Shown piece after piece: positions 21,069 to 28,061 of a DNA stretch of 32,000 bases; within the stretch, counting starts at the first letter, position 1; every line of letters starts with the position of its first letter. The DNA is from Acidothermus cellulolyticus 11B (GTDB taxonomy: Bacteria; Actinomycetota; Actinomycetes; Acidothermales; Acidothermaceae): the NCBI RefSeq assembly GCF_000015025.1, contig NC_008578.1, forward strand, positions 540,001 through 572,000. Reading direction: 5' to 3'. The notes beneath the pieces are model-generated. The model had not been told where the DNA came from. It saw nothing but the letters and a program-made list of their open reading frames with translations, and did not search any database. A program made the translations under genes and the position numbers.

Positions 21069-21157
21069 ATTGGTCCCGGTGAGTGCGGATAGCGGGCTCG
21101 TCTCGGCGGTCGTTTGTGAGCCCGTCGGACATTGGTCCCGGTGAGTGCGGATAGCGG
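21069..21157. repeat. two perfect 27-bp direct repeats (attggtcccggtgagtgcggatagcgg) 62 bp apart
   Basis: Read directly: 21069..21095 equals 21131..21157. They lie in the 447-bp divergent intergenic region upstream of the dsrE-like gene. Confidence 0.85.
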
Positions 21158-21427
21158 CGGTCCGGAGCGGGCCGCACGAGTCTGACTGCCGAATCAGCCT
21201 GGCGGCCGACGTGTTTCAGCCGCTGCCATCTCTGTCGGCGGCGGAGTTGGGCTCATCCGAACGGATGAGGCACGCCGGGCGTTTGGGTGTTGAGCCGGTG
21301 GCATTTCGCGCCGAAGAAGACGACGAGGTGACTCATGCTTGACCGCAGGAGTCACAGTGGTCCGGGCTGTCGAGAGCGGCCGCCTCGGGAGCGAGGGGCA
21401 GCCGGCCTCAACGAAAGGGAGGTGGAT

Positions 21428-22042
21428 GTGAGGCGTTCGGCGACGTGGTGGCGGCGAATCGCCGTCGGCCTGGCCGTGGGTTGCGCGTCCATCCTGGGTT
21501 TGGTCGGTTTGCCATCCATCGCTGTCGCAGCGCCGAGTGCCTCCCCAGGGTCGGTGATCGATTGCCTGGACTGGCAGCAGCGTGCGGCATCCGGCACCGC
21601 CTGTGCCGACATCACGCCGACATTTGCCTGTGTGTGGAACAACGGCGATGGCACGTACACCGCGGCGCTTGGCTATGTGAACCCGTCGTCGTACACGCTC
21701 GAGCTGCAACCGGGCAGCTATGTGAATTCCTTCTACGGCAAGAAGGGCGACCCCAACAACTGGGGTCAGCCGGCGCTGTACCCGCCCGGAACGTCGACGA
21801 CGTATTTCACGATTACGTGGTCACAGCAGTGGCAGTACACCCTGCTCTGGCAATTAGGGACCGCCGGTCACACCGTAACCTTCTCCTCCGCCAGTACACC
21901 GTGTACCAGCAAACCGGTCTCCATCATCGGGAACGTCGGTCTCGTCGGTGCCGCGCTGCTTGGCGCTCTCGTCGTGTTCGTCTTCCTCAACCGGCGCGTG
22001 GAACGTCGCCGCCGTGAAACGACGAAGGCGTCCGCGTGCTGA
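21428..22042 (+). CDS. secreted protein with signal peptide and C-terminal TM anchor, function unknown
   Basis: Trimmed to the GTG after aagggagg. The N-terminus is RRSATWWRRIAVGLAVGCASILGLVGLPSIAVAAP. The mature domain is Trp/Tyr/Thr-rich and contains Cys. The C-terminus is IIGNVGLVGAALLGALVVFVFL followed by NRRVERRRR. Confidence 0.6.
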   Translation: MRRSATWWRRIAVGLAVGCASILGLVGLPSIAVAAPSASPGSVIDCLDWQQRAASGTACADITPTFACVWNNGDGTYTAALGYVNPSSYTLELQPGSYVNSFYGKKGDPNNWGQPALYPPGTSTTYFTITWSQQWQYTLLWQLGTAGHTVTFSSASTPCTSKPVSIIGNVGLVGAALLGALVVFVFLNRRVERRRRETTKASAC

Positions 22043-22084
22043 GACGACGTCCGTGCGCTGAGACGACGTCCGTGCGCTGAGACA
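22030..22084. repeat. 19-bp tandem repeat, about 2.9 copies (gtccgYgYgctgagacgac)
   Basis: Read directly. Unit 1 spans the TGA stop of the preceding gene, and each unit carries a TGA. Confidence 0.75.
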
Positions 22085-22131
22085 GAGAAAGCGCGACGTG
22101 TGCGTGACCGCTGCCGCGCGGCCGAATAGGA

Positions 22132-22171
22132 ATCGCGGCTGGGCGCCCGTGGGCGGGTACCCAGCCGCGAT
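22132..22171. terminator. bidirectional stem-loop between convergent genes
   Basis: atcgcggctggg (22132..22143) pairs with cccagccgcgat (22160..22171). An inner cgccc/gggcg stem extends it. Confidence 0.6.
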
Positions 22172-22207
22172 CGGGTTCCCGGTCGAGACTGATCGGATGT
22201 TCTTCGG

Positions 22208-23002
22208 CTATTGCCCTATCCGCACACCTGGTTCGCCCGCGCTGAACTCAAGCGGCTGAATGGCTGAGCGGCCGGGAATGCTCGCCCCCTTCGCAAGCCG
22301 CCCACTGGGCAGTACGGTCCGGCCGGTTGCGCCTTCGAAGACCATCGCGCCCGCCACCAACCAGGCAATTGCGGCGGCGATGACGAAGAGCACCCCACCG
22401 GCGCGCGTGGTGTTCAGATCGCCTGCCCAGAATCCCGCCGCGCTCAGGCCGGCGGCTGCGGTGAGCGTCCATGCCACCGCGGCGAACCCGAGGTGGTACG
22501 GGATGGCGGCAAGGGCGGTGAGCAGGGTGACGGCGCCGACCGCCAGGAACCAGAACGCGAGTCCGGTGTCAGCGCTGCCGATGGCGATCGCCGAATTCAC
22601 ACCGGTCGCCACCAGGATTTGCAGAACACCCCAGGCGAGCCAGAAGGCTCCCCAGGTGCCGTGCAGCGCGACGGCGACGGCGTCCCGGGCGCGCAGGGCG
22701 GCGAATCCCGCGACGAGCTGGGCCAACCCGCCGAAGAGCATGACGAGCGGCCACAGGACGGCGGGTGTGGCGTCCGTTCCGTACCATCCCGCTTGCCACG
22801 CTCCCACCATCACGGCGGCCACGAACAGGCCGAAGAAACCGAGGATGGAGGGTGCGGCCATCGGACTCAGCGTGACGCGAGTGCGCGCCAGCCACCCGGT
22901 TTGGTCATCGGGATAGACCAGCTGCGCACTGGATGTCATGGGGTTTTCGGCTCGCGGATAGGGCTCCGCTGTCCGCGCATTGCTCGCTTCCATGATCCTC
23001 AC
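22208..23002 (-). CDS. GPR1/FUN34/YaaH (SatP-like) acetate/succinate channel family protein
   Basis: It has six hydrophobic spans. The N-terminal MAAPSILGFFGLF resembles the NPAPLGL motif, and GTWGAFWLAWG resembles the YGAFW motif of the family. The start is uncertain: GTG 23002, ATG 22993 or ATG 22939. Confidence 0.65.
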   Translation of the reverse strand: MRIMEASNARTAEPYPRAENPMTSSAQLVYPDDQTGWLARTRVTLSPMAAPSILGFFGLFVAAVMVGAWQAGWYGTDATPAVLWPLVMLFGGLAQLVAGFAALRARDAVAVALHGTWGAFWLAWGVLQILVATGVNSAIAIGSADTGLAFWFLAVGAVTLLTALAAIPYHLGFAAVAWTLTAAAGLSAAGFWAGDLNTTRAGGVLFVIAAAIAWLVAGAMVFEGATGRTVLPSGRLAKGASIPGRSAIQPLEFSAGEPGVRIGQ

Positions 23003-23089
23003 CTCGCCTAATGTGATCTGGAGCGGCGCTGGATTTGTGTCCCCAGCATCACTATTACCCCGATATTGGGCAGAGATCCATAAACTTTT

Positions 23090-23212
23090 ACGGTTCTCCG
23101 GCTGCGGGCGGTCTGGCCCTGGGAGGCCGGACGGTTCTCCGGCTGCGGGCGGTCTGGCCCCGGGAGGCCGGACGGTTCTCCGGCTGCGGGCGGTCTGGCC
23201 CCGGGAGGCCGG
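23090..23212. repeat. 41-bp tandem repeat x3 (acggttctccggctgcgggcggtctggccYcgggaggccgg)
   Basis: Read directly: 23090..23130, 23131..23171 and 23172..23212. The only difference is t versus c in copy 1. The unit length is not a multiple of 3, and the array lies 88-210 bp upstream of the SatP-like start. Confidence 0.9.
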
Positions 23213-23503
23213 ACCCAGGCGGTACCGCGGACGTCGGCAGCACCGGGATCGTCAGCGCTGCTTAGCGCGTTCGATCGCCGATCGGGTCGCGTGCGTCGAT
23301 CCGGTCGTTCGACGGCCAACAGCAGTCGGCGAACGGTGACGCGTCACGGACTCGTGGGGCCCACCCTGCGAACACGTCGCGATCGTCGTCAGTGGTGCGG
23401 ACGGCCTATGGGATCGGGGCCGGTGGATGCTGGGCCTGCGTCGCAATGTCTGGGCCATCGGGGAGAATCAGGGCAGGGCAGTGTGGTTTCGCCAGCCTGT
23501 GGA

Positions 23504-23683
23504 ATGGAGGTCGTCGTGGAGCACACCCAGCAGGACGTCGGAGCGATGATCTCATTGACCCCTGAGCAGTATCGTCGTGCAGCGCTTGTCGTCTGCGGTC
23601 ATGCGCGTGATCGCGATGATGCTGCCGAGCTCCTTGACGCTCTCGGCCTGCGGGCGGCGCTCTCCTCGCACGCGGCGGCGTAG
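23504..23683 (+). CDS. possible small protein (59 aa; 55 aa if the GTG at 23516 is used)
   Basis: The GGAGG in ggaatggaggtcgtcgtg suits the GTG at 23516. The sequence is ...MISLTPEQYRRAALVVCGHARDRDDAAELLDALGL. GC3 is only moderate and I recognise no family. Confidence 0.3.
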   Translation: MEVVVEHTQQDVGAMISLTPEQYRRAALVVCGHARDRDDAAELLDALGLRAALSSHAAA

Positions 23684-23975
23684 CTCGATCACAGACGGCA
23701 TCGGTCGGCTCGCACCCTCGATAGGTGTCCGCGACCCAGGTGCGGCTGGATTCGTTCGCGAGATCGCATCATCATGCCCTGCTGATCGCCAATTCGCCAA
23801 TGCGGTGCTCATGTCGCGCGGATCTGGTGAACACGGATCCATGGGGGACCGGTTTGGCGCGGTAATGGCGAGATGTCGGATTCCGTGCGTCCCAAGAGCT
23901 GAGGAAGCGGCGACCGGGCGCCGATAGAGGTCAGGAACAGGACTCCGAACAGTTGAGCGCAGGGCGGGAGCGTCG

Positions 23976-25112
23976 ATGCCGACGGAAGCGACCCGCGGCG
24001 CCGTGCCTGCCGAGGGGAGCATCGAAGCCTGTGCGCGGTTGCTCCCCGGGTTGCTGCGTGATCCCGAGCAGCCGCGCCTGGTGTTTCAGCCGATCGTGGA
24101 TCTCGATCGCGCGGTGGTCGCAGGGTACGAAGCGCTCGCTCGCTTCGCCGTGTCGCCTCCGGTCGCGCCGGATGTCTGGTTCGCCGCCGCGGCGGCCGGC
24201 GGGCTCGCCGCCGAATTGGAACGGCGAGTCGTGCGCCGGGTCCTTGCGGCGCGGTCTCACCTGCCGCCGAACTGCTTTCTCACCGTCAACGTGTCCCCGC
24301 AGGCGTTGACGACCGATGACGTTCTCGACGAATTCCGGCACGGTGGAGACCTCGCCGGCATTTTTGTCGAGCTGACCGAGCAGCAGCACGTCCTGGATCT
24401 CGCCGCGACCCACAAGGCGCTGGAGGAATTGCGGCAGCACGGGGCCATGATTGCGATGGACGACGCCGGTTCCGGCTATTCGGGACTCCAACGGCTCGTC
24501 GCCCTTCGCCCGGAACTCATGAAAATTGACCGCTCATTGGTCAGCGGTATTGACAGCGACGAAGCGAAGAAGGCATGTGTCGAGATGCTGCGTGTCCTGG
24601 CCGGGCGGCTGGACGCCTGGCTTCTGGCCGAGGGTGTCGAGACTCCCGAGGAACTCCGCACCCTCGTCAGTCTGGAAGTCCCGCTGGCGCAAGGTTTTCT
24701 TCTTGGTCATCCGGTAGACGACTGGCGCGGGCTGGACGCCCGGACCACGGCGCGCATTCGCGTGGCAGCCCGGGAGCTTCTCGGTTCCCGCCAACTGGTC
24801 CGATTGGTGGAGCGGGTGGCCATCCGGACGCCGGAGGCGGCCGAACCGCCGGGTTCATCGGACGTCGTTGTCTGCCTGGACGGCGACGGCCGGCCGGCAT
24901 CGCTGTTGATTAACAGCGACGCCGGCCGGCCGCGGACCGTCCCCGTTACGCTGCAGCTCCCGGCGACGACTCCGATCACTGAAGCGGCGCGACAATGTCT
25001 CGATCGCCCGCAGCCATACCGGTTCGATCCGGTGCTCTGCGTGCACGAGGACGGGACCGTCGCCGGAATCGTGCACGCGGAACGAATTTTTGACTTTCTC
25101 ACTCGCCGCTGA
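23976..25112 (+). CDS. EAL-domain protein (putative c-di-GMP phosphodiesterase) with an uncharacterised ~110-aa C-terminal extension
   Basis: QPIVDL...GYEALARF, ELTE, DDAGSGYSGL, KIDRSLV, EGVET and QGF are the catalytic EAL blocks. There is no N-terminal sensor or GGDEF domain. Confidence 0.85.
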   Translation: MPTEATRGAVPAEGSIEACARLLPGLLRDPEQPRLVFQPIVDLDRAVVAGYEALARFAVSPPVAPDVWFAAAAAGGLAAELERRVVRRVLAARSHLPPNCFLTVNVSPQALTTDDVLDEFRHGGDLAGIFVELTEQQHVLDLAATHKALEELRQHGAMIAMDDAGSGYSGLQRLVALRPELMKIDRSLVSGIDSDEAKKACVEMLRVLAGRLDAWLLAEGVETPEELRTLVSLEVPLAQGFLLGHPVDDWRGLDARTTARIRVAARELLGSRQLVRLVERVAIRTPEAAEPPGSSDVVVCLDGDGRPASLLINSDAGRPRTVPVTLQLPATTPITEAARQCLDRPQPYRFDPVLCVHEDGTVAGIVHAERIFDFLTRR

Positions 25113-25142
25113 CGTGACGGCGCCGAGGCGGAATTACCGCGC

Positions 25143-25703
25143 TTATTTTTGCAGGATGGCTTCAATTTCCAGATTGATGGTGACCTTGTCACCGACGACG
25201 ACGCCGCCGTTGTCGAGGGCGGCATTCCAATTCACGCCGAAATCACGCCGGTTGATTTCCGCCGTCGCCGAGAAGCCCGCCCGGGTGCCGCCGTATCCGT
25301 CCGGACCGAAGCCGTTGACCTCGACGACCAACGGGACGGCGCGGGTGACGCCGCGAAGGGTCAGCTCACCGTCCACGATGAAACGGTCGCCGTCACGGCG
25401 AACACCCGTGGAGCGGTACGTCATTGTCGGATGATGCGCAACGTCGAGGAAGTCGCTGGACCGCAAGTGGTTGTCACGGTTCTCGTCACCGGTGGAGATC
25501 GACGCGACATCAATGGTCGCGGTCACCTGCGAGTCCAGCGGATTCTCTGCGGTGATGATCTGCCCGTCAAACTTGGTAAACCGGCCGCGGACTTTGCTGA
25601 CCATCATGTGCCGGACGGTGAAGCCCACTTCGGAGTGGACAGGATCAATGGTCCAGGTACCCGCGATGTAGCCGGGCAGGGTCTCGACCGTGGTTGTCGT
25701 CAT
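25143..25703 (-). CDS. yceI: YceI family polyisoprenoid-binding protein
   Basis: GTWTIDPVHSEVGFTVRHMMVSKVRGRF..F.G......................STGDENRDNHLRSSDFLDV...P is the typical YceI signature. Confidence 0.9.
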   Translation of the reverse strand: MTTTTVETLPGYIAGTWTIDPVHSEVGFTVRHMMVSKVRGRFTKFDGQIITAENPLDSQVTATIDVASISTGDENRDNHLRSSDFLDVAHHPTMTYRSTGVRRDGDRFIVDGELTLRGVTRAVPLVVEVNGFGPDGYGGTRAGFSATAEINRRDFGVNWNAALDNGGVVVGDKVTINLEIEAILQK

Positions 25704-25718
25704 GACGCCTCCATGTTG

Positions 25719-25768
25719 GTTGAACGCTCAACTACTTGTCATGAGAGCATAACGCTTGAGAGTTCAAC
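25719..25768. promoter_or_regulatory. two palindromic boxes, candidate MarR operators
   Basis: GTTGAacgcTCAAC (25719..25732) and cTTGAgagtTCAAc (25755..25768) lie 36 bp apart in the AT-richer yceI/marR divergent region. Confidence 0.4.
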
Positions 25769-25783
25769 AATTATTCCGGTCCG

Positions 25784-26494
25784 GTGAGCGGTGTGATCAG
25801 TACGATGAACGCCATGAGTCCTCAGTCCGCCGCATCCAGGCTGGGTGCTGCCGTGTCGCCTCGGCCGGCGGAGAGGGGACGGACGGTCAGCGCTCGCCCC
25901 GGCGACGGGGGACACTCGCGGCCCGCGGTTGCTCAAGGCGGACACCGAACACCCGCCGGCGCGTCCCCTGGAGCAGCCGGGTCGGAACCGCGCTGGCTCA
26001 CCGACGACGAACAACGCGTCTGGCGGCTCTTTCTCGCCGTGAACCGGCTGCTCTGGGCGCGGCTCGAGCAGGAGCTGCAGCGGGACGCCGGCATGCCGCA
26101 CGCGTATTACGAGGTTCTCGTCCATCTGTCGGAGGCTCCGGGCCGCCGGCTGCGCATGAGCCAGCTTGCGGAGCGGTCACTCTCCTCGCCCAGCCGGCTC
26201 TCTCACGCCGTGAATCGACTGGAGCGACTCGGCTGGGTGGTCCGCGAGGCACTGCCGGCGGACCGGCGCTGCCAAATTGCCGTTCTGACCGACGCCGGTT
26301 TTGCCGCCCTCGCCGCGGCCGCACCCGGCCACGTCGAGGGCGTGCGCACCCACCTCTTTGACGCCCTCACCCCTGAGCAGGTGCGGCAACTGGGCGACAT
26401 TTGCCAAGCGATTGTCCAGCGGATCAACGCTGTGCCGTGTCGGCAATGCGCACCGCCGACGCGCCCACGAACCGGCACGGTACCAGACAGCTAG
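25784..26494 (+). CDS. MarR family transcriptional regulator with a long low-complexity N-terminal extension
   Basis: The winged-helix core is LRMSQLAERSLSSPSRLSHAVNRLERLGWVVREALPADRRCQIAVLTDAG. The start is uncertain; in-frame alternatives lie at 25805 and 25814. Confidence 0.85.
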   Translation: MSGVISTMNAMSPQSAASRLGAAVSPRPAERGRTVSARPGDGGHSRPAVAQGGHRTPAGASPGAAGSEPRWLTDDEQRVWRLFLAVNRLLWARLEQELQRDAGMPHAYYEVLVHLSEAPGRRLRMSQLAERSLSSPSRLSHAVNRLERLGWVVREALPADRRCQIAVLTDAGFAALAAAAPGHVEGVRTHLFDALTPEQVRQLGDICQAIVQRINAVPCRQCAPPTRPRTGTVPDS

Positions 26495-26649
26495 CCGCGA
26501 CGGGACATGCCGGTCATGCCCGGCGTACCGACAAACTGGCACATGGCACGGGCGGCCGGCCGCGCACGGCGCGTGCCCGGCGTACCGGCAAAACCGTACG
26601 GCACCGGAGACAGTCATGAACTCCAGAGGAAGGCTTCCTTGTATATCGT

Positions 26650-26667
26650 GCCGCGATATGTCGCGGC
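26650..26667 (-). terminator. stem-loop 9 nt downstream of the CBS gene stop
   Basis: gccgcga / tatg / tcgcggc forms a perfect 7-bp stem, followed on the minus strand by an AT-richer tract. Confidence 0.45.
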
Positions 26668-26675
26668 GTGGCCGG

Positions 26676-27056
26676 TCACCGTACCCCGGTGCTCACCCAG
26701 GATCGGACGATGTCCCGCATCGCAAGGACACCCACGACCTCGTTACCTGATAACACGACGAGGTGGCGGAAGCCGCCGCGAATCATCGCAGTGGCAGCCT
26801 GGTCCAGATCCCAGTCGGGCGCGGCGTACACCAGCTCGCGGGTCAGGTGAGCGCTGACAGGTTCGGCGTCCGGATTCTCACCCGCTGCGATCGACTCCAG
26901 GAGGTCGCGCTCGGTGATGATGCCGATGCCGTTCTCTGGGTCGATGACGACCGCCGCGCCGACTTTCCGCTCCGCCATCCGGCGGGCTACTTCGCGCAGG
27001 GTGTGATTCGGGCCGACCGTAAGGACCAGCGGGTTCATTGCATCCGCGACGCGCAT
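26676..27056 (-). CDS. CBS-pair domain protein (126 aa)
   Basis: Trimmed to MRVADAMNPLVLTV..., which has gaggagg upstream. It has two CBS motifs (GAAVVIDPENGIGIITERDLL and HLVVLSGNEVVGVLAMRDIV). Confidence 0.8.
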   Translation of the reverse strand: MRVADAMNPLVLTVGPNHTLREVARRMAERKVGAAVVIDPENGIGIITERDLLESIAAGENPDAEPVSAHLTRELVYAAPDWDLDQAATAMIRGGFRHLVVLSGNEVVGVLAMRDIVRSWVSTGVR

Positions 27057-27163
27057 GGTCCACCTCCTCGGTGTGCCACCATCGTGAACCCGCGACCCGC
27101 CGCTCGGCAAGCGGTTGTTCGCGGCAAGGCCGGCGCAGCCGCCACGTGCGTCCTGTGACGGAC

Positions 27164-27961
27164 TCAGCCTCCGCGACGCGCCGATCCCGCGAGGTGAGAA
27201 AGGGCGGCGTCGTGCAGCCACGCGTTGGTGCAGAGGATGCTGGACGCCGCCGGGCTCGGGCCCCCGTCAACGCCGGTCACCCGCCCACCCGCTTCGGTCA
27301 CGATGACGACGAGTGCTGCGGTATCCCAGAGCGACACCTCCGGCTCGGCGGAAATATCGACCGCGCCCTCGGCGACCAACACGTGCGAAAAGAAATCCCC
27401 GTACGCACGCGTGCGCCAGACCGCCTTCGTGAGGTTGAGAAAGTCAGAGACTCGGGTCCCCCAGCCGCCTAACCCGGAGTACGACAATGACGCGTCCGAG
27501 AGGTTGCGGACCGCAGAGACCTGATTACGCCGCGGTGCCGCACCCAGTCGTGCCGTCCAGCTGCCAAGACCGCGGCCGGCCCACCACCGCGACGCAAGGG
27601 CTGGTGCGCTGACGACGCCGATCACCGGTTCTCCGGCGTCCAGCAGGGCAATGAGCGTCGCCCAAATCGGCACGCCGCGGACGAAATTCTTCGTGGCGTC
27701 GATGGGATCGATGACCCACACCCGACCGTCCACCGGCTCGCCGCCGAATTCCTCGCCGAGCACCGCATCGCCGGGCCGATCGGCGGCCAGCACGCGGCGT
27801 ACCTCGCGTTCGACCGACAGGTCGACATCGCTCACCGGGGTGAGGTCCGGTTTGGTCTCCACCCGAAAATCCATTGCCTGGAACCGGCTGAGGCTGATCT
27901 CATCGGCGAGGTCGGCAAGCCGGAGAGCCAACGCGAGGTCCGCGGCTGTTGGGTCGCTCAT
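27164..27961 (-). CDS. hisN: histidinol-phosphatase, inositol monophosphatase family
   Basis: KPDLTPVSDVD, WVIDPIDATKNFVRGVPIWATLIAL and WDTAA are IMPase-fold motifs in the form I associate with actinobacterial HisN. Confidence 0.8.
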   Translation of the reverse strand: MSDPTAADLALALRLADLADEISLSRFQAMDFRVETKPDLTPVSDVDLSVEREVRRVLAADRPGDAVLGEEFGGEPVDGRVWVIDPIDATKNFVRGVPIWATLIALLDAGEPVIGVVSAPALASRWWAGRGLGSWTARLGAAPRRNQVSAVRNLSDASLSYSGLGGWGTRVSDFLNLTKAVWRTRAYGDFFSHVLVAEGAVDISAEPEVSLWDTAALVVIVTEAGGRVTGVDGGPSPAASSILCTNAWLHDAALSHLAGSARRGG

Positions 27962-28061
27962 CGGTCCGCCTCTCGGTGCTTTCGCATTGGTCCGCCTCGC
28001 GGGTCGCTGATCGGTCCGGGTTTCGGTGTTGCCTTATCGGTCGGCCTCGCGGTGTTGCAAC
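27960..28061. repeat. imperfect ~25-bp tandem repeat x4 (atYggtcSgSctc..cgg...)
   Basis: The units start at about 27960, 27986, 28010 and 28036. gggtcgctSatcggtccg recurs with a 50-bp period (27951 and 28001). The array spans the hisN start, the 72-nt intergenic region and the last codons of rsgA. Confidence 0.6.

Noticed and set aside
21145-21342. 65-aa plus-strand ORF starting inside the second 27-bp repeat
   Set aside because: GC3 is only moderate. There is no RBS and no recognisable motif. It overlaps a larger antisense shadow ORF, so I cannot support it as a gene.
23090-23212. 41-bp repeats as a CRISPR array
   Set aside because: The units are directly abutting with no spacers. There are only three copies and no cas genes in the window.
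25021-25030. tRNA T-loop-like string ggttcgatcc
   Set aside because: It lies inside the EAL ORF. The flanks do not fold into acceptor, D or anticodon arms, and the loop has 6 rather than 7 nt.
26513-26594. Direct repeat tgcccggcgtaccgRcaaa (about 26515 and about 26574) downstream of marR
   Set aside because: It is real in the sequence but short. It lies in a convergent 3' region with no obvious target gene, and I could not link it to any structure or function. I judge it low value.
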